NCBI GenBank assembly: GCA_002372175.1 | Contig: DFIS01000080.1 | Coordinates: 1 to 39,664, forward strand | Source of the DNA: Solobacterium sp. UBA3691 | GTDB taxonomy: Bacteria; Bacillota_I; Bacilli_A; Erysipelotrichales; Erysipelotrichaceae | DNA: 39,664 nucleotides | Reading direction: 5' to 3' | In this document: positions 1-9,265 of the stretch, piece after piece | Layout of the letters: each line of letters begins with the position of its first letter | How positions within the stretch are numbered: the first letter of the stretch is position 1 | Notes under the pieces: generated by a model | Told to the model about the DNA's origin: nothing | Seen by the model: the letters and a program-made list of their open reading frames with translations, nothing else | The model's database searches: none | Position numbers and translations under genes: made by a program

Positions 1-43
1 TGTCTACTTGACAAGGGTCATATCATCCCAAGATTCTGTTTTA

Positions 44-493
44 TCATGTATTCATTTCGGTATTGAATTTCTTCTGCAGCTGTTTCCTGCATACCAGATA
101 TGCCGGTATCGCAAACAGTGCTGTAAAGATCCAGACCAATGCATTGGCACAGCATACCCCGGTAAAGCCAAACGGCCCTGCCAGGATATAACAGGCAAAG
201 GCTCTGCCCAGTACTTCTGTCATTCCGGTCACGAGTGATACCACCGGATATCCCATGCCCTGGATAATACCAGGTATGCACGTTGCAGGACCCAGTACCG
301 CAAAGCCGATCACAAGATTCATGAAAAACGCTGTGGCACCGAACCCCGCAAGCTGATTCAGGCCGAGATATCGGCCGACGATCATCGTATCCGCGATGTT
401 GTACATCTGCTGGAAAAGAATGCCAAGCCAAACCGGGAAGGCAAACCTGAGCAGATGCGTTAACGGTGAACCCGATGTCATATTATTGATCAT
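44..493 (-). pseudogene. Internally deleted MATE-family transporter remnant (149 aa; N-terminal ~60 aa joined in frame to C-terminal ~85 aa)
   Basis: The ORF aligns by eye to both ends of the adjacent 455-aa MATE protein. N-terminal match: SGSPLTHLLRFAFPVWLGILFQQMYNIADTMIVGRYLGLNQLAG vs VGSPLRHILSFAIPVLLGNLFQQLYNVADTLIVGRFLGLNQLAG. C-terminal match: IIQGMGYPVVSLVTGMTEVLGR vs ILQGMGFSIASLITGITEVVGR. About 300 central residues are missing. It starts 15 nt after the full-length gene's stop. Confidence 0.6.
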
Positions 494-508
494 ACGGGAA
501 CTCCGGTA

Positions 509-1876
509 TTATGCACGCATCAGTGCCTGCGCATCCTCAGCCGCAAACTTCTGTGCGAGACGCTTACGCAGGATAAAGTATGCCGGATATGCGAACAGTG
601 CTGTTAACAGCCAGGCCATGACCGAAGCCGAGGCGACCCCGGCAAAGCCCCACCACTTTGCAAAGTACCTGGCAGCGATGATTCGTCCGACAACTTCCGT
701 GATGCCGGTGATGAGACTCGCAATCGAGAAGCCCATGCCCTGCAGGATATTCGGCACTGTATTCACAGCCATCAGGAAGATAAACCCGGAAGTACTGATC
801 ATGTTCGCAAGATAACCAAGCCGGATGACTTCCTCCGGGGCATCCTTGACGAAGATACCGATCAGCTGTCTGCCGAAGAAGAACGAAACCAGCATGCCGA
901 AGATCCAGATGCCGATCTCCAGCATCGAGGCAGCACGCAGACCCTGTGATACACGGTCCAGTCTTCTCGCCCCGATATTCTGTCCGGCAAACGGTGCCAG
1001 TGACTGTCCTACCGCCATGATCGGTGCTGACAGGATACCGTAGATCTTGCCGGAAGCCGTCATCGCCGCAACCGCATTGGTACCCATCGAGTTGACAGCC
1101 ACCTGCAGGATCGAGATGCCCGAGGCAATGATCGTCAGGCGGATACCCATCGGTACGCCATGACGAAGCAGTTCCTTCGTATGTGCAGGTGAGAAAGCCA
1201 GATCTTCCTTATGCATATGCAGCAGGGGAACACGCCTGTATATGTGATACACACAGGTAAGACCGGAGATCAGCTGGGCAAGCACCGTAGCCAGCGCAGC
1301 ACCCCGTACACCCATGTTAAATGCCAGGATAAACACCAGATCAAGGACGATATTGATCAGGGAGGACATCACCAGCAGAAGTACCGGTGTCTTACTGTCA
1401 CCGAGGGAACGGATGATCGAAGCCGTATAGTTATACAGCATCGTAAACGGAAGACCCAGGAAGATGATCTGAATATACGCATGGGCATATTCGTAGATAT
1501 CCGCAGGTGTCTTCATCGCTGTTAACAGCGGACCGCAGAACACAGATACGAGTGTCGTGACTACAGCCGCAATGATCACAGCCATGCGGATACCGTTAGC
1601 CAGGTATTTCCGCAGTTCGTTATGTCTGCCGCCGCCGAAGCTCTGCGCGATCGGTATCGAAAACCCGTTGCATGTGCCGTTGCAGAACCAGATCACAAGG
1701 AATGACAATGAGCCGGTGGAGCCGACGCCTGCCAGCTGATTCAGACCGAGAAAACGTCCGACGATCAGCGTATCTGCCACATTGTATAACTGCTGGAACA
1801 GGTTGCCCAGCAGAACAGGGATTGCAAAAGAAAGGATATGCCTGAGCGGAGAACCAACCGTCATATCTTTGGTCAT
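509..1876 (-). CDS. MATE family efflux transporter
   Basis: 455-aa polytopic hydrophobic ORF with the typical MATE N-terminal region (LLGNLFQQLYNVADTLIVGRFLG). A GGAGGTG RBS lies just upstream of the ATG at 1876. Confidence 0.9.
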   Translation of the reverse strand: MTKDMTVGSPLRHILSFAIPVLLGNLFQQLYNVADTLIVGRFLGLNQLAGVGSTGSLSFLVIWFCNGTCNGFSIPIAQSFGGGRHNELRKYLANGIRMAVIIAAVVTTLVSVFCGPLLTAMKTPADIYEYAHAYIQIIFLGLPFTMLYNYTASIIRSLGDSKTPVLLLVMSSLINIVLDLVFILAFNMGVRGAALATVLAQLISGLTCVYHIYRRVPLLHMHKEDLAFSPAHTKELLRHGVPMGIRLTIIASGISILQVAVNSMGTNAVAAMTASGKIYGILSAPIMAVGQSLAPFAGQNIGARRLDRVSQGLRAASMLEIGIWIFGMLVSFFFGRQLIGIFVKDAPEEVIRLGYLANMISTSGFIFLMAVNTVPNILQGMGFSIASLITGITEVVGRIIAARYFAKWWGFAGVASASVMAWLLTALFAYPAYFILRKRLAQKFAAEDAQALMRA

Positions 1877-1903
1877 ACTGCACCTCCCGATGATACCGGA
1901 ATT

Positions 1904-1948
1904 AAAAACCGAATTGCTCTTGGTTATATACTAACGCAGAGAATTCGG
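1904..1948 (-). terminator. Possible rho-independent terminator downstream of the esterase gene
   Basis: The arms ccgaattgctc (1909-1919) and gagaattcgg (1939-1948) can pair with one bulge. On the minus strand they are followed by TTTTTAATT. The loop is long, so the call is weak. Confidence 0.3.
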
Positions 1949-1987
1949 CTGTATCTATCGCAAAAACTGCATTGTATGCGATGTTTC

Positions 1988-2584
1988 TTATAATACCAGT
2001 GTCTTTAATGCTTTATGCATACGCATATCAGGATCCTGGAAATGCCCTCCCGGATTCAGTTCATACGTTACCGTACAGTACTGTCCCAGAAGATCCCGGA
2101 CCTGTTCTGTCTTTTCTTCCACCGCAGACATGACCGGGTTCTTCGTCTTCTTCTCTTTCTCGCCGACGGAAAGGTATACCCGCTCACAAAGTACCGGATG
2201 CGTCTGTAAATACGCTGTAAAATCAGGAAACCACAGTGATCCCGATACCGAAGCAGCACCCGTAAAGCCCCGGATCTTTGTGACGGCATACAGCGAGAAA
2301 AGACCGGCCAGGGAATATCCCATCAGATACGCATGATCATACGTCTCTCCCGCAAGCACGGAAGCCACTGCCTGTACCATCTCATCCGCCTGTCCGCCGA
2401 AGTCTTCACCCTGTCTGAATATCTTCTGTGCCGGCCACGGTGACATATACATGTTCCAGTCATAGTCATAAATATTGACTGCCCGGATACCCTGCAGATC
2501 ACCCAGGATCTTTGCGGGATCCTCCTCCCGCATCATGATCACGAGATCTTTTCCTTCCCCGTATCTGCTTACCTTGTACTCCAT
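1988..2584 (-). CDS. Alpha/beta-hydrolase, putative esterase family protein
   Basis: 198-aa ORF with the nucleophile elbow G-Y-S-L-A-G (GxSxG) and a GGAGGA RBS upstream of the ATG. Confidence 0.65.
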   Translation of the reverse strand: MEYKVSRYGEGKDLVIMMREEDPAKILGDLQGIRAVNIYDYDWNMYMSPWPAQKIFRQGEDFGGQADEMVQAVASVLAGETYDHAYLMGYSLAGLFSLYAVTKIRGFTGAASVSGSLWFPDFTAYLQTHPVLCERVYLSVGEKEKKTKNPVMSAVEEKTEQVRDLLGQYCTVTYELNPGGHFQDPDMRMHKALKTLVL

Positions 2585-2650
2585 TGTCTTCCTCCGTTTT
2601 TACAAATCCCTTCATATCCGCTATGATTAATTTCAGCGGAGGTGATGTAT

Positions 2651-3352
2651 ATGACTTCTCAGAAAAAGAGATTCCCGCTGATCCGTTTCCTGGTCAGTCT
2701 GTGTCTCATAGTATGTGCCTGCCTGATGTGGGTACTGTATCATACGACATTGTTCGTCAGTAACCGTACAGCTCCCGAAGGCTATCTCGATATCAGTTCC
2801 TACAAACTGTATGACGAAAGCGGTAAGGCAGACAACGATCCCCTGCGCTCGATCGACGGCAGCTCCTACACCTGGTATACCGACATGAATACGCTTAAGA
2901 CGGCGGAAGGTATCGGTCCCGGCAGCTCCTGGGAAGAGTTCCTGCAGGCCTACGGCTCATACAAAGTCAAGTATATCGATATATACAGCGAAAACGCTGA
3001 CTACGAGAGTGATGAATACTATGCGACCCATCACCTCAAAGATATTACGCCCGAAGAATTCGACAGACGCTTTCTGCAGACCGGTATTATCGACCCCGAA
3101 AACGAGGACATCGATATCACCTTCGGTGTCTATGCCCGCGGTACGGAACTGCTGTATACACAGTCAGAGATCGATACTGCCCTTGATAAGTACTATGACA
3201 CGTTCTTCATGGTCGGTCCCTGGCGTTTCTCCCTGAGTCCCCAGTATCATACGGTCACGATGGACTTTGAGTTCCGTCCCATGAAAGAAATATACGGACA
3301 TGAGGACGAAGCAGGCTCCGTCCTCTATTCCGTCAGTATTTACAAGTACTGA
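2651..3352 (+). CDS. Hypothetical membrane-anchored protein (single N-terminal TM helix, acidic/Tyr-rich extracytoplasmic part)
   Basis: The ORF track starts at a GTG at 2642. The ATG at 2651 sits 8 nt after GGAGG and is the better start. The N-terminal hydrophobic helix is LIRFLVSLCLIVCACLMWVLY. I recognised no family. Confidence 0.55.
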   Translation: MTSQKKRFPLIRFLVSLCLIVCACLMWVLYHTTLFVSNRTAPEGYLDISSYKLYDESGKADNDPLRSIDGSSYTWYTDMNTLKTAEGIGPGSSWEEFLQAYGSYKVKYIDIYSENADYESDEYYATHHLKDITPEEFDRRFLQTGIIDPENEDIDITFGVYARGTELLYTQSEIDTALDKYYDTFFMVGPWRFSLSPQYHTVTMDFEFRPMKEIYGHEDEAGSVLYSVSIYKY

Positions 3353-6220
3353 TCACCTGACGATCTCAAGACCATCTACGGTATTCAGTTTACCCTCGGC
3401 TGCCACTACACATACGGCAGCCTTTTTCATGCCCTCTTCGAGCCAGTCCGCCAGCTGTACAAAGTCCTCCGGCGTCGTATGCAGAAGCTCTTCACGCAGC
3501 TTTTTGCGGTATTCATACGTAATACCGCTGATCTGACGCAGATCTTCAAGACGTATTCTGGACTGCGGAGACTGCAGCGGATCACCGGCTGCTACAGCAC
3601 CGATGATATACGCGTCCAGCGGGGTATCGCCCCTGGCCAGCTCACGTGTGAATTCACCCAGTGTCTTTGTGATATGGATCGTATTCGCCGGATCGGGATC
3701 ACGGAAAGAGTATGCGGTAAGCGTACCGTCAGCTCCCACGGAAAGTCCGGTACCGTAGGCACCGCCCTTGACTCTGACTTCATTCCAGAGATAGCCATAC
3801 GTCAGGATATGACTCAATGCCCTGATCGCTCCGGAGATCCTGCCGCCGACATCCTTCAGGTTGAACGAAGCTGCACTGTAGGCAATACCTGCAGGAATGA
3901 CCATGCCCTCCTGCTTTCTATCTTCGATCGGGAAGTGTACAACACCTCTCTCGAATCTCTGTGTCTGGTACTTATCCGAAAGATCGGTCAGAGCTTTCAG
4001 ATTCTCTTCACCGGTCATGCTCAGGATCATGCGCTCCCTGTTGAACAGGATATCCCTGTACATCTCCAGATTGGCGATGAATTCCTCAGCTCTTTCATCA
4101 TAGTGTTCATACAGATCACTGACCCAGCAGATCGAGGCATAGCCATCGAGGTCTTCCCTGGCACTGCCGCCGGCACTGCACTGTGACGCTGTTCTGATCA
4201 TCGCCGCAAGATGACCGCTGCTGATCATCGCCTGTCTGTTGGCTTCGACCTCCTGTGCCAGAAGAGCCCTGATCATCTCCTTGTCGAAGATCGTCTTCTG
4301 GGTGATCTCCCATACCAGATCCATCGCCGTCTGCAGGTTCTTCTTCAGTACCTTGCCGGTCGCATACAGCAGCGGAATCGCCGCATCACGGTCTTCAGGC
4401 AGGGAACTGACCGTTGTCCCGAAAGCCAGTCCGCCAAGGTCTCTGCGGATGATCTGGCGCAGTTCTGTCAGGGTATGATCTTCGGTCGGAAGACTGCCGA
4501 GCAGATCCGCGAACTCACCGACTTCCGCCAGTGACTTCTTCGTAATACCGTTCATCAGGAAGTACATGCTGAAGTAGACGATACCTGTCTTCTCCTCCGG
4601 ATACAGCATGACCGGTATGCCCCTGTATTCACGCTTCTCCGGTTCATAACGCATCGGTTCTGCCGGTACATCACTGATCTTCAGCTGCGGCAATGTCGCC
4701 AGCTGTTCCGGTGTATCCGGTGTCTCCTGCCATTCATCCAGGACCCTGTTGATCTCCACGAAGGCATTAACATCTTCCCAGCTCTCTTTCGCCTTCTGCA
4801 GACGTGCTGCCTCTTCCGCTTCTCTTTCTTCACCGAGCGTCTTTGACGGTATGGCTGTCAGAATATTGACATCTTCTGCCAGAAGTCCCTCTCTGATCAG
4901 TTCTTCAAAGTATCCCTGATTCAGCTTCTCCCGCAGCTCATCGTAGTAATGTCCGGCATCGAGATACATCGTCGGATCACCATCATACAGCCAGCTTCTG
5001 AGCATCATCTCGGCATAGATGACACCGCTGGGTTCCTTGGGCTCATGGTAGCGGAACTCCATCCCGTTAAGGACTGCCTTTACCTCTTCCCTGTCGATAC
5101 CCTTTGTCACAATATCCGTCAGTACTTCTCTGACCGTCTTTAATACTTCGTCCTTCTTCTCAGGATCGGTATTTCTGACTGACAGTGTAATATACGGCTG
5201 GATCATCTCATCCATCAGGGCGATCTCCACATCCTGCCCAAGACCGCTGTCAATAATAGCCTTCTTTAACTGTGTCTCATTACTTCCGGTCAGTACACCC
5301 GAGATCACATTCCAGGCGATCTGTTTCTCCGGCTCCGTGTAGTCACCGACGATCTTGGCCAGTGTTACTACAGTCTTGGCACTTTCATCCTCATCCGGGG
5401 CGATCTCATAGATTACCGTACGGTCTTCAGCAGGCAGGATCTTCTGCATATCGATATGTACATGCATATCCCTGGCTTCATATTCCTGCAGTACTTCATC
5501 GATCCTTGTCAGTACGGTATCGATATCAAGATCTCCGTCCAGGAAGAAGTACGCATTGGAAGGATGATAGAATCTTCTGTGATCGGCAATAAACTGCTCA
5601 TAGGAAAGATCAGGAATATGCCTGGGATCACCTCCCGATACATACTGATAGCAGGTATCCCTGAACATCATTCTCTGCAGTTCATCGATAATGATCTCAT
5701 CCACGGAAGAGAAAGCACCCTTCATCTCGTTAAAGACAACACCCTTGTATATCGGTTCCTCTTCAGGATCTCTGATCTCATAGTGCCATCCCTCCTGATA
5801 GAAGATATTCGGATTTGTATAGATCGCCGGGTGGAATACCGCATCCAGGTAGACATCCATCAGGTTCAGGAAGTCCTGAGGATTCCTGCTGGATACCGGA
5901 TACATCGTCTTATCGTTGAAGGTCATCGCATTCAGAAACGTCTGCATACTCCCCTTTAACAATTCCACAAACGGTTCTCTCACAGGGTACTTCTTCGAGC
6001 CGTTTAAGACACTGTGTTCAAGAATATGAAAGACACCCGTATCATCCTCGGGTACGGTCTTAAACGCCACCGAGAACGTCTTATTCTCTTCATCACGCTT
6101 TAACCAGGCAAGCTTTGCGCCGGAGTGAGGATGTTCCATCACGATCAGCTCTGCCTGTATGTCATTAACCTTACGGATCTCCTTAACCGTAAAACCATGT
6201 ATGATCTCATTTATCTGCAT
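3353..6220 (-). CDS. M16C insulinase-family zinc metallopeptidase (PreP-like)
   Basis: 955-aa ORF with the inverted zinc motif HxxEH present as H-I-L-E-H (GVFHILEHSVLNGS) near the N-terminus. Length and layout are typical of M16C peptidases. Confidence 0.85.
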   Translation of the reverse strand: MQINEIIHGFTVKEIRKVNDIQAELIVMEHPHSGAKLAWLKRDEENKTFSVAFKTVPEDDTGVFHILEHSVLNGSKKYPVREPFVELLKGSMQTFLNAMTFNDKTMYPVSSRNPQDFLNLMDVYLDAVFHPAIYTNPNIFYQEGWHYEIRDPEEEPIYKGVVFNEMKGAFSSVDEIIIDELQRMMFRDTCYQYVSGGDPRHIPDLSYEQFIADHRRFYHPSNAYFFLDGDLDIDTVLTRIDEVLQEYEARDMHVHIDMQKILPAEDRTVIYEIAPDEDESAKTVVTLAKIVGDYTEPEKQIAWNVISGVLTGSNETQLKKAIIDSGLGQDVEIALMDEMIQPYITLSVRNTDPEKKDEVLKTVREVLTDIVTKGIDREEVKAVLNGMEFRYHEPKEPSGVIYAEMMLRSWLYDGDPTMYLDAGHYYDELREKLNQGYFEELIREGLLAEDVNILTAIPSKTLGEEREAEEAARLQKAKESWEDVNAFVEINRVLDEWQETPDTPEQLATLPQLKISDVPAEPMRYEPEKREYRGIPVMLYPEEKTGIVYFSMYFLMNGITKKSLAEVGEFADLLGSLPTEDHTLTELRQIIRRDLGGLAFGTTVSSLPEDRDAAIPLLYATGKVLKKNLQTAMDLVWEITQKTIFDKEMIRALLAQEVEANRQAMISSGHLAAMIRTASQCSAGGSAREDLDGYASICWVSDLYEHYDERAEEFIANLEMYRDILFNRERMILSMTGEENLKALTDLSDKYQTQRFERGVVHFPIEDRKQEGMVIPAGIAYSAASFNLKDVGGRISGAIRALSHILTYGYLWNEVRVKGGAYGTGLSVGADGTLTAYSFRDPDPANTIHITKTLGEFTRELARGDTPLDAYIIGAVAAGDPLQSPQSRIRLEDLRQISGITYEYRKKLREELLHTTPEDFVQLADWLEEGMKKAAVCVVAAEGKLNTVDGLEIVR

Positions 6221-6290
6221 AGTATTCCTGCCATTTCTAAGCCCATGGGCAATCTATGGATATTGTACCAACGGATAAGAGAAAGAGGCA

Positions 6291-6325
6291 ATAAAACAAA
6301 ATACTCCTGTTGGACAAGAGTATTT
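6291..6325 (-). terminator. Weak candidate terminator between the island and the M16 peptidase gene
   Basis: On the minus strand, AAATACTC (pairs with 6318-6325), an 11-nt loop and GAGTATTT are followed by TGTTTTATT. The stem is AT-rich, so stability is low. Confidence 0.3.
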
Positions 6326-6553
6326 CTTTGCTGTCTCTCCCTGTTACTGCGGGACAGATATCGATTTACAGGACAATCAGCCACGGGGATGGGATGCATC
6401 ACATGACAAGTAACACAAACTTCTTCAATGCGTATTTCAGCAGAGAGTATCCCGCTAGATGTATGAAGAATTATCAAAAGATGATCAACTTCCGTACCGA
6501 TGCTCTAAGACATCATATTTCTTATTTAGAAACTGTAGAATTATAATTGCTGA

Positions 6554-9184
6554 TCAATTGATTTTCACCCACATAGCTGGACGGATCATGTACTCGTATT
6601 TTTGTTTAACAATCGGAGAATATCCATCAACGTATATACCATACAAGCCAATGCCTCCATCATGTACTCCAAAAGCAGCAGTATAAGGTTCTTGACCGGG
6701 CGAGCGCAGCCACCAATTAGAACCATTAGTGACATCGTTGACATAAACACCTTTCCCGAGTGTATATGGTGTTGCTTTTGCCAATCTTTCAGCATCAGAA
6801 TTAAAATACTGCTGAGCTTCCTGTATTGATAACAGGAATATCTTATCCTGTGTATCTTTTCCCGGATCTGTATTGTACTCCGGATTCTTGTCTGCTGTCA
6901 CAGTGCTTGTTTCAATGAGTGATTGTTCTTCACCGGTAAATGCTGATGAAATAAAATAACTATTCAACCATTTTCGAAGTGAACAAGTTTGCCATGTACC
7001 ATTCTCCCTTGATGTATCATATGGCTGACTGTCCAATCCGTATTCACTGATCAAAAGGATCCTGTTATCTTCTTTTGCTAAAACTTTCCATGTAATAGCT
7101 TCTTTGCCATTAGAAGTACTCGCATCCTGTTCATATGAACCAAATGTTACTATTTCTCCGGGCTTGGCAACCATAACTGTAACATACGGATTTTCTTCTC
7201 TAATAGATGCTGCCAGTTCAGCGCTGTCTTTATATCCATTCAAACCCATCAATATCTCATATGCGCCGGCATAATCTCCATTTTCTCGCATAGCAATTGC
7301 GGATTTATACTTATTGCTTGGAATTACCGTTGTTCTTATGATCACAAAAGCAACCACACAAAGAACCAAAACAGCAGTAACTATGCCAATTATGCTCTTT
7401 TTCTTTTTACGGGAGATTTCTTCCTGTTTTCTCTGAATCGCATACTGTCGCTCTATTTCTTTGCGATTCTCTTCTGTTAATCTGTCTATCTCCTTCTGGC
7501 AATACTCTGAATAACCGCCGCTTTCCTGATAACCCTTAAGCGAATCAAATACTGTTTTTGCTTTTTCAAAAGACGTTATATCTGTTGCGGCATTCATCGC
7601 AGTAATAGCTTGTGTATAGTCCAGATTTCTCCTTTGCTCTGCCTGCTCAGCCAATGCCTGCACTTCTTTATCTGCTTGTATAAGGAAAGCAGCATAATTA
7701 CTCTTCACCTTAGAAATACTGTTCTCATCTGTCTTTTTAGCAAGGGTGATACGCTCGTCCAAAATACGGTTTAATTCTGAGAGTTCATTTTCCAGCTTCT
7801 TCTTTGTTTCACCTTTAGCGTATTGTAATGCTCTGGTCAGATTACGTTCTGATTCCAATTCTTTTTGCAGCTTTGATTTTTGAATTCTTCTGCTTTGAAG
7901 ATAAGAGTCAAATCCAAGATCATATTGATATTGTCTCAGAATAGCTTCTCTGTCCAGGTATCCGTCAATACTGTATTTCTGTACTGCTGCATTAATATGA
8001 TCATTATCTTCCTGTCCTGCTTTTACTCGCTGGATGCCGGCATGTTTATACTCTTCTTTGTAATGATTAAACAAAGCTTCAAGATTTGGCTGACGGTTTT
8101 TCAGCAGAAGTTTTCCAAGATATGCTTCTGCAGATTCAGGCTCCTGATTCAGTGCTTCTTCAAAGAAACTATCGGCTTTATCCCATTCCTTGTCCTCAAG
8201 AGCTATCATGCCTCTTTTGACAAATGCCGAGGCACCACCTGAAGAATTGTTCTGAGTAACCGCCTTCTGAACAAACGGGGCTGCAGTCTCCTTTATAACC
8301 ACCTTTTTGATTCCACGAACCACATCATTGATAAATCCAATCTTACTCATGTCCTGTGCCTGGAGATGTGAGAATTCTTCAGGCAGGTCATATGCATCCA
8401 TATCTCTGTAGCAAGGAATCAGCAGCTTGGTACGGTCTTTTTTCATCAATTTCAGGAAACGTGACCATTCGTTCTTTACCCATACTGCATTGAAATACTC
8501 CGGTCTAGTGCCAATCACCAGCATTACTTTTGCTGTATTCAGTGCTGAGAAAATATACGGTTCATATTCTTTTCCCAGTTTATCTTCCAAAGTAATAGCC
8601 GCAAAGAATACTTTAAATCCTTCACGTGTCAGTTGGTAATAGATTTCATTGGCAATCACACTATCCTGTGTTCGTTTCCCAGATTCATCCGTCTCCTTAT
8701 AGCAGATGAAAACATCATATGGATCTTCTTTCTGTGCAAGGGCAAGGATTCCGCGCTGGATCTCATCGATCTCTTTAGCCTGAGCTTCATAGATTCCTCT
8801 TTGGGCAGTATCTGCGTAATATAATGCGTTCTTATAATCTTCATCCGCAGTGACTGATTCATATGACGCACGATGGCATGTCGGAACTCTCTTATACGTC
8901 ACCGGATCTTCAACATACTCAATACCGTACTTACAGAGGATAAGCCCCCAGTATGCTTCAGCTTCTGTTTCACTCCTCTGAAGGATCTTTTCATAGATCT
9001 CTGCTGCTTTATCAAACTCAGAGCGCATACGAAGCGTATTTGCTCTGTTGAAAAGCGTCTGCAAACCTTCATCATGAACAGAAGGAATTGTTTGTCTGGT
9101 ACCGCAGAACTCACATTCACATACCCTGCTTCCCTCTATAACGGTTAAATCACCGCCGCACATCTTACATTTCCATACCACCAT
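6554..9184 (-). CDS. Transmembrane TIR-domain protein: N-terminal Zn-ribbon, TPR-like region, TIR domain, TPR, long coiled coil, one TM helix, C-terminal DUF6273-like domain
   Basis: I moved the start to the ATG at 9184 (AAGGAG RBS 8 nt upstream); the track ORF starts at 9214. Zn-ribbon: CKMCGG...CECEFCG. TIR-like block: YDVFICYKETDESGK...AVWVKNEWSRFL, nt ~8315-8719, with the candidate catalytic Glu codon at 8468-8470. TM helix: KKKK-SIIGIVTAVLVLCVVAFVII-R, nt 7337-7396. The C-terminal domain has the SNWWLRSPG and RPAMWV motifs typical of DUF6273. Confidence 0.8.
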   Translation of the reverse strand: MVVWKCKMCGGDLTVIEGSRVCECEFCGTRQTIPSVHDEGLQTLFNRANTLRMRSEFDKAAEIYEKILQRSETEAEAYWGLILCKYGIEYVEDPVTYKRVPTCHRASYESVTADEDYKNALYYADTAQRGIYEAQAKEIDEIQRGILALAQKEDPYDVFICYKETDESGKRTQDSVIANEIYYQLTREGFKVFFAAITLEDKLGKEYEPYIFSALNTAKVMLVIGTRPEYFNAVWVKNEWSRFLKLMKKDRTKLLIPCYRDMDAYDLPEEFSHLQAQDMSKIGFINDVVRGIKKVVIKETAAPFVQKAVTQNNSSGGASAFVKRGMIALEDKEWDKADSFFEEALNQEPESAEAYLGKLLLKNRQPNLEALFNHYKEEYKHAGIQRVKAGQEDNDHINAAVQKYSIDGYLDREAILRQYQYDLGFDSYLQSRRIQKSKLQKELESERNLTRALQYAKGETKKKLENELSELNRILDERITLAKKTDENSISKVKSNYAAFLIQADKEVQALAEQAEQRRNLDYTQAITAMNAATDITSFEKAKTVFDSLKGYQESGGYSEYCQKEIDRLTEENRKEIERQYAIQRKQEEISRKKKKSIIGIVTAVLVLCVVAFVIIRTTVIPSNKYKSAIAMRENGDYAGAYEILMGLNGYKDSAELAASIREENPYVTVMVAKPGEIVTFGSYEQDASTSNGKEAITWKVLAKEDNRILLISEYGLDSQPYDTSRENGTWQTCSLRKWLNSYFISSAFTGEEQSLIETSTVTADKNPEYNTDPGKDTQDKIFLLSIQEAQQYFNSDAERLAKATPYTLGKGVYVNDVTNGSNWWLRSPGQEPYTAAFGVHDGGIGLYGIYVDGYSPIVKQKYEYMIRPAMWVKIN

Positions 9185-9265
9185 ACTTAAGTCTCCTTCG
9201 TAGTTTTCTGGCAAAAGCTATTCCTATTACATTTTTGGTTTATGATTCACCTATTTGTTATATTT

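Noticed and set aside
3479-5959. Plus-strand ORFs (235, 107, 106 and 167 aa) inside the M16 peptidase region
   Set aside because: They are antisense to a 955-aa ORF with a clear HxxEH motif. They overlap one another in different frames and have no family signatures.
6221-6553. Search for att-like direct repeats or a tRNA at the island edges (left spacer compared with 16568-16627)
   Set aside because: I found only trivial matches by eye (e.g. gatttacag vs gatttgatacag) and no tRNA-like sequence. The island boundaries therefore remain defined by composition only. The ORFs at 6211..6477 (-) and 6310..6546 (+) have no support.
9185-9214. Upstream start extensions in the ORF track (9214 for TIR; likewise 26592 for azlD, 29092 for leuC, 20266 for citD, 19959 for citE, 20296 for GntR, 39040 for holB, 34576 for GH32, 2642 for the membrane protein)
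   Set aside because: In each case an internal ATG is preceded at 5-9 nt by a GGAGG-type RBS and/or abuts the upstream gene's stop. The extension also lacks homology to the paralogue or family N-terminus.
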